DNA of 64,000 nucleotides, taken from a candidate division WWE3 bacterium RAAC2_WWE3_1. GTDB lineage: Bacteria > Patescibacteriota > WWE3 > UBA101185 > UBA10185. Made by a program: the position numbers and the translations under genes. The stretch spans positions 239,341-303,340 of the forward strand of contig CP006914.1 of assembly GCA_000503835.1 (NCBI GenBank), read 5' to 3'. The notes under the pieces were generated by a model. It made no database searches, had not been told where the DNA came from, and saw only the letters and a program-made list of their open reading frames with translations. Below are positions 31,750 to 41,174 of the stretch, piece after piece. Every line of letters starts with the position of its first letter. Positions within the stretch are counted from its first letter, which is position 1.

Positions 31750-33147
31750 TTACTCTCTTTCTCCTGCCCAGGTCTTTGCAAGTTTCAGTGCAGAGGTAAC
31801 GGCCGGGTCTATGATTTTCATTACTCTCCCCATCTCCGGTGAATCACCGAATTTGTGGTACATGCCATGTCCCACTTGATTCAATTCCTTAGAAGTAAGA
31901 GGCATTTTTTGGATGCAGACGTTTTTTATGCCGAACTCTTCAAAAAGGGCACCGAGTTCCAATATATCCTCGTCTGGTACATCGTCCGGAAGTCTCACAA
32001 CAACGGGATATTCAAAATTAATTTTTTCCTGTGTAATTTCACCTGTGGAATCATTTACCAGATCTATGTCTACATTCAAAGATTCGTGCAGAGTTTCGTT
32101 ATTAGCAACATTTAAAAAGTTTCGTATTCCGCCAAAATCCACACCCAGGGTCATTCCGGTCCACTCCATTTTTTCATTTAAAATCCTGAGCGCCGACCCT
32201 TTCCTCTCGTATAACGCAGCTTCTGCGGCTTTGTCACTTTTCTCCTGCCAGGAAGCTCCGAAATTATCCAGCTCCAGGGGAACGGTTTGTTGTAGGGATT
32301 TTATCCAATCTTTTACTTCCTGAGGTGTATATGATTTTACCTCGACAGCTCCCACAATCTTGCCTCGACGATCCTTTAAAAAAGCATCAGGAAGAGTAGT
32401 TGCTTCGTACGGAAGCTCGGCATGGTGTTCGATAAGATTTTTTATATTTGCGTTGTACTTATTACTCGTAACTTTTAATGCTTCATTCAATAAACGGTTT
32501 TGCGTACTTTTCTTTTTACCTTCGAGTCCGTGTTCCTGTTCTTTTATATTCCATCTTATTAGTTCGTCTCTGGTAACACCACTTCGTGCCTGAGGATTTT
32601 TACTAACCCATTTTCTTTCAATCTCATCATAGTTGATAAGTGTAGAAATTGTGTCCTTTTTAAGAGTTTCTATCTCGTCAGCGGTTATAAATCCTGACTC
32701 TCCTTGTTTCGGAACGATTTCATGGGCTTCCTTGTTAAAATAGTAATTGAGAAGAGCGATGTCTTTTCTTGAACTGCCCAGCTCGTTGAAAAAATCATAA
32801 GGGTCTACGATCTCGGAGTTCGGAATAAAGATCATCGCGCCGTAAATTGTTTCACATTCGGAAAGTCCCATCGACTTGCTAATTAACTCCCCTGTAAATC
32901 CCCTGACTTCCCCAACAGCCTTTATAATTTTCCTGTCCGTATCGTCTTCAGAGATTCTATCTACGGCGTTACTTATAATGGAAAGAAGTTCTTTTGGATG
33001 TCTGCCCCCCGAGTGCGCCTCGCCGGAATAAATATAATTTTCAGCTTTGCTTTTTAACTCCTCTTTCTCTTCTTCTGTAAATTTTTCTGCCAGATGAATT
33101 GTCGAAGATTCTTGTTCGTAATCCGTTGCTATGGTCTCTACAGGCAT
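31750..33147 (-). CDS. Hypothetical protein, 465 aa, no recognisable motif
   Basis: Long uninterrupted ORF; charged, soluble-looking. Confidence 0.4.
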   Translation of the reverse strand: MPVETIATDYEQESSTIHLAEKFTEEEKEELKSKAENYIYSGEAHSGGRHPKELLSIISNAVDRISEDDTDRKIIKAVGEVRGFTGELISKSMGLSECETIYGAMIFIPNSEIVDPYDFFNELGSSRKDIALLNYYFNKEAHEIVPKQGESGFITADEIETLKKDTISTLINYDEIERKWVSKNPQARSGVTRDELIRWNIKEQEHGLEGKKKSTQNRLLNEALKVTSNKYNANIKNLIEHHAELPYEATTLPDAFLKDRRGKIVGAVEVKSYTPQEVKDWIKSLQQTVPLELDNFGASWQEKSDKAAEAALYERKGSALRILNEKMEWTGMTLGVDFGGIRNFLNVANNETLHESLNVDIDLVNDSTGEITQEKINFEYPVVVRLPDDVPDEDILELGALFEEFGIKNVCIQKMPLTSKELNQVGHGMYHKFGDSPEMGRVMKIIDPAVTSALKLAKTWAGERE

Positions 33148-33194
33148 GCATGAATTATATACATAAAATACAGCCCGTTGCTATAATATGGTAA

Positions 33195-34400
33195 GTGAAA
33201 AATCTGCCCGTCCTGAATTCCTTAAAATTTATTGGATCTACCGCTCTGTTTCTTGTAGTAATAGCAGGATTGGTGTATCAGCATGTCCGGCTCAATAATG
33301 CAGAAAAATCTTTGTCGGTTATTAAGGCGTCACAGACTAATTTACGGGAAAATTTCTCCGACGCTCTTTTCGAAGACCACTTAAAAGTTACCAACTCCAT
33401 GGTATCGGGGGCGAAACTCACTTCACTGCAGAACGAGCTTGAGACGCTAAAAGCCAAAGAAACAACCGACGAAAAAACGATAAAAGATGTGTACGACTCT
33501 CTAATAATACTTGAGCAGAAAATAAACAGGAACGTGAAAGCCGGATTAAAGTCGCCCGACCTTACAGAACAAAAAGATTCATGGGGCAGCTTTCTAATAG
33601 AAAAGGATTTTGCTTCGATAATGACAGGTATCAACGAACAGACCGCACTTTTGGACAAAGACTATTCGGTTTATCTGACCAAGTTGGAGCAAACAAGGGT
33701 AGCGGCATCAGGGTATAGTTATCAAACGGTTCAAACTGAACGTGGTACCTTTGGAGCCCATGTTATAAAAATTCCTTTGAATGAAATAAAAGTAAAGACA
33801 GTTTCAGCATCCTCCGGTTCCTGTTCTAATGACTGTGACACTAAGAGTCTTGCCGATTACGTCAAAGGTAGCGGAGGATTTGCCGGAATGAACGGATCGT
33901 ATTTCTGTCCTCCCGACTATGCTTCGTGCGATGGAAAAGTGAATTCTTTTGACTTCGCTCTGTACGACAGCAATGACGGAAAATGGGAACATAAAGACGC
34001 TCTTACCTGGTTTGAAACAGGACTTATAACCTTTAACGGGAGCACCCCTTCCTTTTATAAAGAAACCTCAGATTATGGCGGAGGAGGAGTTACCGCCGGA
34101 ATCTCTAATTACCCCGCGCTTGTTAAAGACGGCGACATCGTAGTAGACGAAGACGAACTTACGTCTTTTCAAAAAGACATTAAAGGCCCGAGGGGAGTCA
34201 TCGGAGTAGGCGGGGAGAATTTGTACCTTGCAATAATAAACGGAGCGAACGTAATCGACGCCGCTTACGTTATCAGATCTCTCGGTGCGAAACACGCTCT
34301 GAACCTTGACGGGGGCGGTTCATCAGCTATGTATATAAACGGTAAATACATTGTGGGGCCCGGGAGAAGTTTACCTAACGCAATTGTCCTGACTAAGTAA
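33195..34400 (+). CDS. Membrane-anchored protein with C-terminal phosphodiester glycosidase (NAGPA/DUF2233-like) domain
   Basis: N-terminal TM (STALFLVVIAGLVY), a central coiled coil, and a C-terminal LNLDGGGSSAMYINGKYIVGPGRSLPNAIVL typical of the phosphodiester glycosidase family. Confidence 0.5.
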   Translation: MKNLPVLNSLKFIGSTALFLVVIAGLVYQHVRLNNAEKSLSVIKASQTNLRENFSDALFEDHLKVTNSMVSGAKLTSLQNELETLKAKETTDEKTIKDVYDSLIILEQKINRNVKAGLKSPDLTEQKDSWGSFLIEKDFASIMTGINEQTALLDKDYSVYLTKLEQTRVAASGYSYQTVQTERGTFGAHVIKIPLNEIKVKTVSASSGSCSNDCDTKSLADYVKGSGGFAGMNGSYFCPPDYASCDGKVNSFDFALYDSNDGKWEHKDALTWFETGLITFNGSTPSFYKETSDYGGGGVTAGISNYPALVKDGDIVVDEDELTSFQKDIKGPRGVIGVGGENLYLAIINGANVIDAAYVIRSLGAKHALNLDGGGSSAMYINGKYIVGPGRSLPNAIVLTK

Positions 34401-34452
34401 AAGGTTATTCCAGCGATTTGACATATTGAAGAAAATTGCCCAGAATTATTAA

Positions 34453-35178
34453 ATGGCAAATAAAAATTCCCACAAACAAATATCTATATATAGTTTTTCT
34501 TTTTTAGTAGTACTCGGGCTAATGCTCGCATTTTCTGGGTCACTGTACGGCAGCTATAGGCTTTCTAAAGCCGTAGCAGAAGAGAACCCGACAGTTTTAT
34601 CAGATGAAGACGATAGAGAAGACAGCGGGGACGAAAGTAACGATTCAGATGATGATAACGAGATCGACGATGTTGATGAAAACGATGATTCCGACGATAA
34701 AGACGGTTCTGACGACATCGACGAAGCAGACGATATAGACGGGGACGAATTAGAAGATTCGGATGAACCTGAGGACGAAGATGAACCGGAAGACGGGGAC
34801 GAATTGGATGACAACGATGAAGATGAAAGCCTGAAAGATGAACTTGAGAGCTTTGTCGAATCCCAGAAAGATCTTCAGGAAGAGTCTATCGACCAGCTTG
34901 AAAAAATCTCAGAAAGAGGCGGTGTTACTAGGTTCTTGATAGGACCCAATTTTGAGTCGATCAGAAAGCTTCAGGAAGTCATAGACGCCAACACGAGGAT
35001 GCTAGCGCAGATACAGCAAATAAGAAGCGGGACGATAACCCCTGAAGAACAACAGGCTTTAGATACACTTTCAAGCTCGATTGAGAACCAGAATCAAGTC
35101 ATCAATAACCAGCTCAGTGAACAGGAAGGCAGTTTTTCGCTGTTCGGTTGGTTAGTACGTTTGCTGTCCAGAGATTAA
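34453..35178 (+). CDS. Membrane-anchored highly acidic (D/E-rich) low-complexity protein, 241 aa
   Basis: N-terminal TM (IYSFSFLVVLGLMLAFSGSLYG), then ~100 aa composed mostly of D/E/S/N. Confidence 0.4.
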   Translation: MANKNSHKQISIYSFSFLVVLGLMLAFSGSLYGSYRLSKAVAEENPTVLSDEDDREDSGDESNDSDDDNEIDDVDENDDSDDKDGSDDIDEADDIDGDELEDSDEPEDEDEPEDGDELDDNDEDESLKDELESFVESQKDLQEESIDQLEKISERGGVTRFLIGPNFESIRKLQEVIDANTRMLAQIQQIRSGTITPEEQQALDTLSSSIENQNQVINNQLSEQEGSFSLFGWLVRLLSRD

Positions 35179-35239
35179 AAAAAGAGGCCTCATTGCAGAA
35201 AAAGATCGGTTCTGATCCTTGTGCTTTGAGGCCAATTAG

Positions 35240-35539
35240 TTAGCGAACCCGTAAGTTATCCAAAGCCCTGGCCACGCTCTCCCTAATGTCTTTGGCGGTC
35301 AGGGTAGCCGGTTCCTCACTACCACTAGCGTTAATTACCCACGTGAAAACTTCAAGGTGGGTTCTGGTGAGAGCGGCAGTGATTGCCACTATAGGATAAC
35401 CCGGAACATTTGGGTCAGTTGCGCTGCCGTACACTATCGCTTCGAGAGATCCGGGAGCAATGATGTTCACCGTATCCGTTATGAGACGTACCAAAGCTAA
35501 CGCGTCCTGTTTGTTCTTATCCACCGAGCTTACGTCCAT
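35240..35539 (-). CDS. Hypothetical protein, 99 aa
   Basis: ORF only. Confidence 0.3.
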   Translation of the reverse strand: MDVSSVDKNKQDALALVRLITDTVNIIAPGSLEAIVYGSATDPNVPGYPIVAITAALTRTHLEVFTWVINASGSEEPATLTAKDIRESVARALDNLRVR

Positions 35540-35679
35540 TTCTCCTCCTTCTTGTTGTTATTTTCCGCTATACTACCTCAACTTTCCTCAAAAATCAACC
35601 CATAGCGTTGAATAATTCTATTGACGCCGGGCTGAAGGAGAACTAAACTCTACTTAATATTCGGGTTTCCTTCGTATCT

Positions 35680-35940
35680 ATGATAACAAAAGTGAAAACG
35701 CCGGTATCTATTATAGCCGTATATGACCATAAAAAGAGGAATTTTAGACCCTCTGTGGTCATTTGGGAGGGGCACCGGCATAAAATCGTAAAGTTAGGCT
35801 ACCACCACACTTTCCGTGGCGGAAAAACCCTTTTTCACGTGTTTTCGGGTGCCGCCGAAACCATTTTCTTTAAATTGGTCCTAAATACCGATGATTTGTC
35901 CTGGGAAGTGGAGGAAGTGTCCGATGGACAGGCTGACTAA
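35680..35940 (+). CDS. Hypothetical His-rich small protein (86 aa) immediately upstream of and overlapping dinB
   Basis: ORF only. Its 3' end overlaps the polymerase ORF. Confidence 0.3.
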   Translation: MITKVKTPVSIIAVYDHKKRNFRPSVVIWEGHRHKIVKLGYHHTFRGGKTLFHVFSGAAETIFFKLVLNTDDLSWEVEEVSDGQAD

Positions 35941-37186
35941 CTTACAGTTTAATCCAAAACACCCGACATTAATGCTTATAGACATAAATTCCTGTTTCGC
36001 CACGATAGAACAGCAGGCCAACCCACAGCTGAGAGGCCGTCCTGTGGCAGTTGCGGCTTACGACACGCCCTCAGGATGCATTTTAGCCGCGTCGTACGAG
36101 GCAAAAAAGCTAGGTGTTAAAACCGGAATGCGCGTAAGGGAAGGAAAACTTCTGGCACCCGACCTTACGGTGCTCACCCCGGATCCTCAAAAGTATCGTG
36201 ATGTTCATTTAAAACTCCGCACCGTTTTGAATAAGTTCTCGGACGCGGTAGTTCCGAAATCCATTGATGAATTCATAGTAAATCTTGAAGGTTGTCCCTC
36301 ATTTAAAAAAGGGATGAGAAATGTTGCCTCTGAAATAAAGGAACTAATTAAAAAGAACGTCGGCGATTGGATAACTGTCTCCATCGGCATCGGTCCGAAT
36401 ATTTTTTTAGCGAAGACAGCCGCAGGTCTCAAAAAACCCGACGGCTTGGAAGAAATAAATATAAATAATTTCGAAACCGTTTATTCTTCTCTCGAAATTA
36501 CCGGTCTGCATGGAATCAAACAAAGTAATGCTGCCCGTCTGGCTACTCAAAACATCTATACAGTCATGGATTTTTACAAAGCTTCCTCAGCAACCCTTGA
36601 ACGAGCGTTCGGCTCCATAACCGGATACTACTGGTATCTACGCCTCCGCGGATGGGAAATAGATGATGTAGCGTGGGGCAGAAGAAGCTACGGAAATTCC
36701 TACGCAATACCCGACCGGCTATCAAAAAGCGAGGATCTTGCCCCCATTTTGTATAAATTAGTTGAAAAGACGGCAAGACGCCTAAGGAAAGCCGGTTACA
36801 AAGCTAAAGGAGTCAGCGTTTCCATAAACTACCGAGACGGCTCTCATTGGCACCACGGCCACATTATGGGCAAAACCCTTTTTGACCCCCGCGATATTTT
36901 TAAAGAAGCTTACAGAATAATGTGTCGGTCGCCTTACTACGGAAAAACGGTGGCCATACTGGCCGAATCGGTGTTTGAAATTTTTGACAACGACACCACG
37001 CAGTTAGATCTCTTCGACGATATAAATCGAAAAGAAAAACTTTATTCGGCCGTCGACGAAATCACTGATAGATGGGGAGAGTTTGTAATAACACCTGCGA
37101 GAATGCTGTCTGCCAAAAAACACGTTCACGACAGAATTGCTTTCGGTGGAATAAAAGAGCTCGAAGAATTTACACTTCAGGACTAA
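35924..37186 (+). CDS. dinB: Y-family DNA polymerase IV (DinB)
   Basis: N-terminus LMLIDINSCFATIEQQANPQLRGRPVAVA ... GCILAASYEAKKLGVKTGMRV matches the DinB palm/fingers signature (hhDhD.FFA.VE ... V.AaSYEAR.hGV..GM). Start is ambiguous between 35891, 35924 and 35972. Confidence 0.8.
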   Translation: MDRLTNLQFNPKHPTLMLIDINSCFATIEQQANPQLRGRPVAVAAYDTPSGCILAASYEAKKLGVKTGMRVREGKLLAPDLTVLTPDPQKYRDVHLKLRTVLNKFSDAVVPKSIDEFIVNLEGCPSFKKGMRNVASEIKELIKKNVGDWITVSIGIGPNIFLAKTAAGLKKPDGLEEININNFETVYSSLEITGLHGIKQSNAARLATQNIYTVMDFYKASSATLERAFGSITGYYWYLRLRGWEIDDVAWGRRSYGNSYAIPDRLSKSEDLAPILYKLVEKTARRLRKAGYKAKGVSVSINYRDGSHWHHGHIMGKTLFDPRDIFKEAYRIMCRSPYYGKTVAILAESVFEIFDNDTTQLDLFDDINRKEKLYSAVDEITDRWGEFVITPARMLSAKKHVHDRIAFGGIKELEEFTLQD

Positions 37187-38412
37187 CGGAGGTATTTTGT
37201 TCCTTTAAGCTTGTCCGGAAAATATTCTATATCAGGAAGTTTTTTACCTTCGGGGCTATGGTAGTAATTGTAATTTTTTCCGTAACCGATGTCTTTCATT
37301 AATTTTGTAGGCGCATTTCTTATATGAAGGGGCACCGGAAGGTTACCGTATTTTACGGCGTCGTCCGCAGCCTTACCGTATGCGATATAAAGTTCGTTTG
37401 ACTTAGGGGATTTTGCAAAGTAAACAACAACCTCGGCGAGGGCGAGATTGCACTCGGGCATGCCTATTCTTTCGCAGGCCTGAAATGCTGCTACTGCAAT
37501 AACAAGGGCCTGGGGATCTTTGAGACCGATGTCCTCGGAGGCGAGCCTTATTAATCGTCTGGCAATATAAATAGGGTCCTGTCCCGCCTCAAGCATTCTT
37601 GCCAGCCAATAAAGTGCTGCGTCAGGGTCGGAACCGCGAATAGATTTATGTAATGCAGAAATTGTGTTGTAAAATTCTTCACCCTGCAGATCAAAGGTTA
37701 GCTGACTTTTCTGTAGCGCGGTTTTAATATCATCGAATGTGATTTCTTTTCCCTTTTGTAAATGAAAAGCTATTTCTAAAATATTAATACATGTACGTGC
37801 GTCGCCGTTACTACACTGAACTAAAAACTTCCTGGCATCTTTTTCAAGTCTTTTTCCTATGTCTTCCAGCGCCCTATCTACAATTTTATCCAGGTCTACT
37901 TCTGAAAGCTGACCCATGATTACTACGCGGCATCTGGATAGGAGAGGAGCAATAACTTCGAAAGAAGGATTTTCGGTAGTTGCCCCCATAAAAATAATTT
38001 TCCCTTGTTCAACCAACGGAAGAAGTGCGTCTTGTTGAGCTTTATTAAATCTATGAATTTCGTCGATAAAAACGACCGGAGCTCCGACCCTTTTCTTTGA
38101 CGAGGTATCCTGAGTCCACAAATTAGGTGAGGCAGTTTTACCGTTATCCTCTAATTCTTTTTCGATAGTTTTAACCGAAGTATTTACTGCACTGAACTCG
38201 TAAAACCTGCGGTTTGTTTCCGACGCGATTATTCTTGCCAACGTAGTTTTACCCACACCAGGAGGCCCCCAGAATATTAACGAAGGAAAAAATCCGGTTG
38301 CTAGTGTGTTCTTCAAAAGTTCGGAGATTATTCCGCCATCGCCCAACAGCTTTTCGTGACCCGACATTTCATTTAAGTTTTTAGGACGTATCTTATCTGC
38401 TAAAGGCTGCAT
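37183..38412 (-). CDS. rarA: Replication-associated recombination protein A (RarA/MgsA AAA+ ATPase)
   Basis: LIFWGPPGVGKTTLARIIA (Walker A), VVFIDEIHRFNKAQQDALLP (Walker B / sensor), HKSIRGSDPDAALYWLARMLEAGQDP (MgsA C-terminal signature). Confidence 0.9.
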   Translation of the reverse strand: MQPLADKIRPKNLNEMSGHEKLLGDGGIISELLKNTLATGFFPSLIFWGPPGVGKTTLARIIASETNRRFYEFSAVNTSVKTIEKELEDNGKTASPNLWTQDTSSKKRVGAPVVFIDEIHRFNKAQQDALLPLVEQGKIIFMGATTENPSFEVIAPLLSRCRVVIMGQLSEVDLDKIVDRALEDIGKRLEKDARKFLVQCSNGDARTCINILEIAFHLQKGKEITFDDIKTALQKSQLTFDLQGEEFYNTISALHKSIRGSDPDAALYWLARMLEAGQDPIYIARRLIRLASEDIGLKDPQALVIAVAAFQACERIGMPECNLALAEVVVYFAKSPKSNELYIAYGKAADDAVKYGNLPVPLHIRNAPTKLMKDIGYGKNYNYYHSPEGKKLPDIEYFPDKLKGTKYLR

Positions 38413-38466
38413 TTAAATACCCAAATATTACCCGTAGGGAAATAATACATTTGAAAGGGGCAACCG

Positions 38467-39573
38467 TCAAAGTTTGAATACTTTTTGTAATATCCTGGAA
38501 ATAAGGTCGTTACCTTTTTTAGCGGTCAGTCTGGAGCGGAGAGATAGATCCAATCCAAGATTGGTGACACTGGCAACGGCTAAAGTTAAAAGCTTAAGTC
38601 TCGGAAATATTAAAAAGACCGCAAATAAAACGGTGTTGAACGTAACAAATTTTATTAGGTCTCTTTTAGCATCGTTAAAGCTTTTTCTTATTGCTTCTTT
38701 TAACATACCCATTGTTGTTCTCTTTGTGCCCATAAAATTTTCAAGTTCGTGAGAAAAGTTCAGGTAGTACTTTCTGGCGCTGGCGAATATTTTTATCATA
38801 TTTCTTAGAACTTCCAACGATACGGTAGTTACAATAAGAGCTAAGGTGGTAATTACGTGTTTGTCGTAAACAAAGCTTCTCACCATTAAGTCATAATCCC
38901 GGAACTCGGCTTTTAAGGGAATGTTAAGGTCGGCCGGTAAAAAGAAAAGGTCGGTGCTATCCATGGTTAAAAAGAAAATAAATAGAATGACCTCGACCCC
39001 GTCAATAAATCCGGCTTTGAACCTTTTTTGAAACTGTCCTTTCCAGGTAAGTTCTATTACAATTTCAGGCTGAGGTTTGCTTAAAAAGCCAAAACCTAAA
39101 ATAGCCACGGCAGTGATTGCTACAGTCATTATGGTAACGTCGTACGTTTTACCTACCGACTTATATACATACAAAAGGAGAACGTAAACCAAAAAAGCGG
39201 CTATATAAGCGAAGATCGGCGTTGCGAATAAAAGGAACTCTTTTAAAAGGTCGACGAATCTTCTCCAGAGGTTTTTAAGGAATTCCAGGAAGTCTATAAA
39301 AGTTAGTGCGCCCTCGAGCAGCATATCCAAAATCCTGCCGGCTTCATTTTTCATCCCTATTATCACGAGAATTCCCAAAGTGAAAAATATAGCTGCCGAC
39401 GCTATAAGAATTATCCAGATTACGTTAAGAATTACCGAAACCGCTTCCGGGAATAAAAATCCTGCCGCGAGGAACAAAGCCAGGATTACAATCAGTGTCG
39501 TAAGAAGTGAAAATACTTTCCTATCCATATTATTTCGGCCAACCTGGCCTGTAAATATATCTTTTAGTGTCAT
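38467..39573 (-). CDS. Polytopic membrane protein, hypothetical (368 aa); 4-nt overlap with map
   Basis: At least 6 hydrophobic helices; no motif. Confidence 0.45.
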   Translation of the reverse strand: MTLKDIFTGQVGRNNMDRKVFSLLTTLIVILALFLAAGFLFPEAVSVILNVIWIILIASAAIFFTLGILVIIGMKNEAGRILDMLLEGALTFIDFLEFLKNLWRRFVDLLKEFLLFATPIFAYIAAFLVYVLLLYVYKSVGKTYDVTIMTVAITAVAILGFGFLSKPQPEIVIELTWKGQFQKRFKAGFIDGVEVILFIFFLTMDSTDLFFLPADLNIPLKAEFRDYDLMVRSFVYDKHVITTLALIVTTVSLEVLRNMIKIFASARKYYLNFSHELENFMGTKRTTMGMLKEAIRKSFNDAKRDLIKFVTFNTVLFAVFLIFPRLKLLTLAVASVTNLGLDLSLRSRLTAKKGNDLISRILQKVFKL

Positions 39574-40349
39574 TTGTCTTTTCTAGTTAAAATTTCGTAA
39601 CCGTCTTTCGTTACTAAAATCGTGTGCTCGGCCTGGGCAAAGTATCCTCCGTCAGCCATACGTGTTTCCCATTCGCTTTCGTTGACTACGATGTCGTCTC
39701 CGGTGCAAACGAGAGCCTCGATGCATATAGTCATTCCCTCGACAAGCTTCGGACCGTCGTTTACGCCGCCGTAACACGGTATTTCAGGATATTCGTGCAT
39801 TTCCGAGCCTATACCGTGGCCTGCGTAGTCTTTGAGTACATTCAAACCTTGAGATTCTACTATTTTTTGCATTTTATTGCTAATCCTGCCAATGCGTACG
39901 CCGGGACCCACTTCGGAAATAGTTTCGTAAAGTGCTTTTTCTGCCGTATTCACTAAAAGGCTTTTTAGGCTGTTTGTGTTTTTTCCGACAACAGTGGAGA
40001 ATGCGGCGTCAACGTTCAGACCCTTGTATTTGATTACGGTATCGACGGTCACAACATCACCGTCCTTTAAAATAACGCCTTTTTTCGGAAAACAGTGAAC
40101 AGATTGGTCGTTTATGCTTAGGCAAAGTCCCGTAGGAAACTCAGGCATACCGTGGGGGGAATATCCTTTACACGTAGGGGCGACTTTATTTTTACTGCAC
40201 ATTTTTATAAATTCTTTTTCCAGATCGAGAGAATCCCTGCCCGGAACTAGCATTTTCTTAAGTTCAGACAGAGTTTCGGCAAGTATTTTTCCTCCGTGCC
40301 TCATTTTGTTGATATCTTCGGCGTTTTTTACAAAATCCATATAGTCCAT
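39570..40349 (-). CDS. map: Methionine aminopeptidase type I
   Basis: M24 signatures: D..VVTVD, GHGIGSEMHEYPEIP, EHTILVT. Confidence 0.9.
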   Translation of the reverse strand: MDYMDFVKNAEDINKMRHGGKILAETLSELKKMLVPGRDSLDLEKEFIKMCSKNKVAPTCKGYSPHGMPEFPTGLCLSINDQSVHCFPKKGVILKDGDVVTVDTVIKYKGLNVDAAFSTVVGKNTNSLKSLLVNTAEKALYETISEVGPGVRIGRISNKMQKIVESQGLNVLKDYAGHGIGSEMHEYPEIPCYGGVNDGPKLVEGMTICIEALVCTGDDIVVNESEWETRMADGGYFAQAEHTILVTKDGYEILTRKDK

Positions 40350-40399
40350 TATACCCCAGAATTAAAGGGTTTTCTTAAATGGCCAAAAAGTGATAACAT

Positions 40400-41143
40400 T
40401 TGCTCATGCCCGATAATAGACTTATAAATATATCCCTTTTATTAAATATCTTTGTGTCAATTTTGTTTGCCGCCTTAGTTGGTACGGGGGTGTGGTATCT
40501 GCTAAAAGTACTGACACCGCAGACAATATCTGTATCCGGGTCGTCTACCTCTCAGGTAAAAAACCAGATTGCATCATACTCTCTGACTATAGAGGTATCT
40601 GACGCTGACAAGGCAAAAGCTGTTGAAGCACTTACTGAAAGGTCCAAAAACGTAGTGCAGATGATCAAGGATTTCGGTATACCCGAAGAAGACATTGAAA
40701 CAACCAGTCTAAACATTTATCAAAGACAGGATTCAGTGTATCGCGGCGGCGTTACTACCTATGAGCTCGGAGACTGGTTCGCTTCGTACACCATAAATTC
40801 CAAACTTCGTGATTTGGCAAGGTCGGACGATCTCACAGCATTGCTGGCAACAGTCGAAAAAGCCTCTATGTGGGGACCGAACCTCACAATCGACGACAAA
40901 ATGATAGATGAAGAAGCGTTGCTTAACGCCGCCATCGAGGATGCCAGAAACAAAGCCTCGGCAATAGCCGTGGGAATGGGGAGAAAACTCGGGAAGGCTG
41001 TTCAAATCAACGAAGGCTTCGTTCAATACATGTACGGAGGCATCAAAAATGAAGCGTTCGGAGCGGGCGGCGGAGGGATACCTATTGAGCCGGGTTCCAC
41101 ATCGACCTATAAGAACGTTACCGTGATATTCGAACTGAGATAA
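40400..41143 (+). CDS. SIMPL/DUF541 domain protein (membrane-anchored)
   Basis: N-terminal TM. LLNAAIEDARNKASAIAVGMGRKLGKAVQINE matches the SIMPL family core. Confidence 0.6.
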   Translation: MLMPDNRLINISLLLNIFVSILFAALVGTGVWYLLKVLTPQTISVSGSSTSQVKNQIASYSLTIEVSDADKAKAVEALTERSKNVVQMIKDFGIPEEDIETTSLNIYQRQDSVYRGGVTTYELGDWFASYTINSKLRDLARSDDLTALLATVEKASMWGPNLTIDDKMIDEEALLNAAIEDARNKASAIAVGMGRKLGKAVQINEGFVQYMYGGIKNEAFGAGGGGIPIEPGSTSTYKNVTVIFELR

Positions 41144-41174
41144 TGACCAAGACCTTAAGAGGTATTTTTATCGG

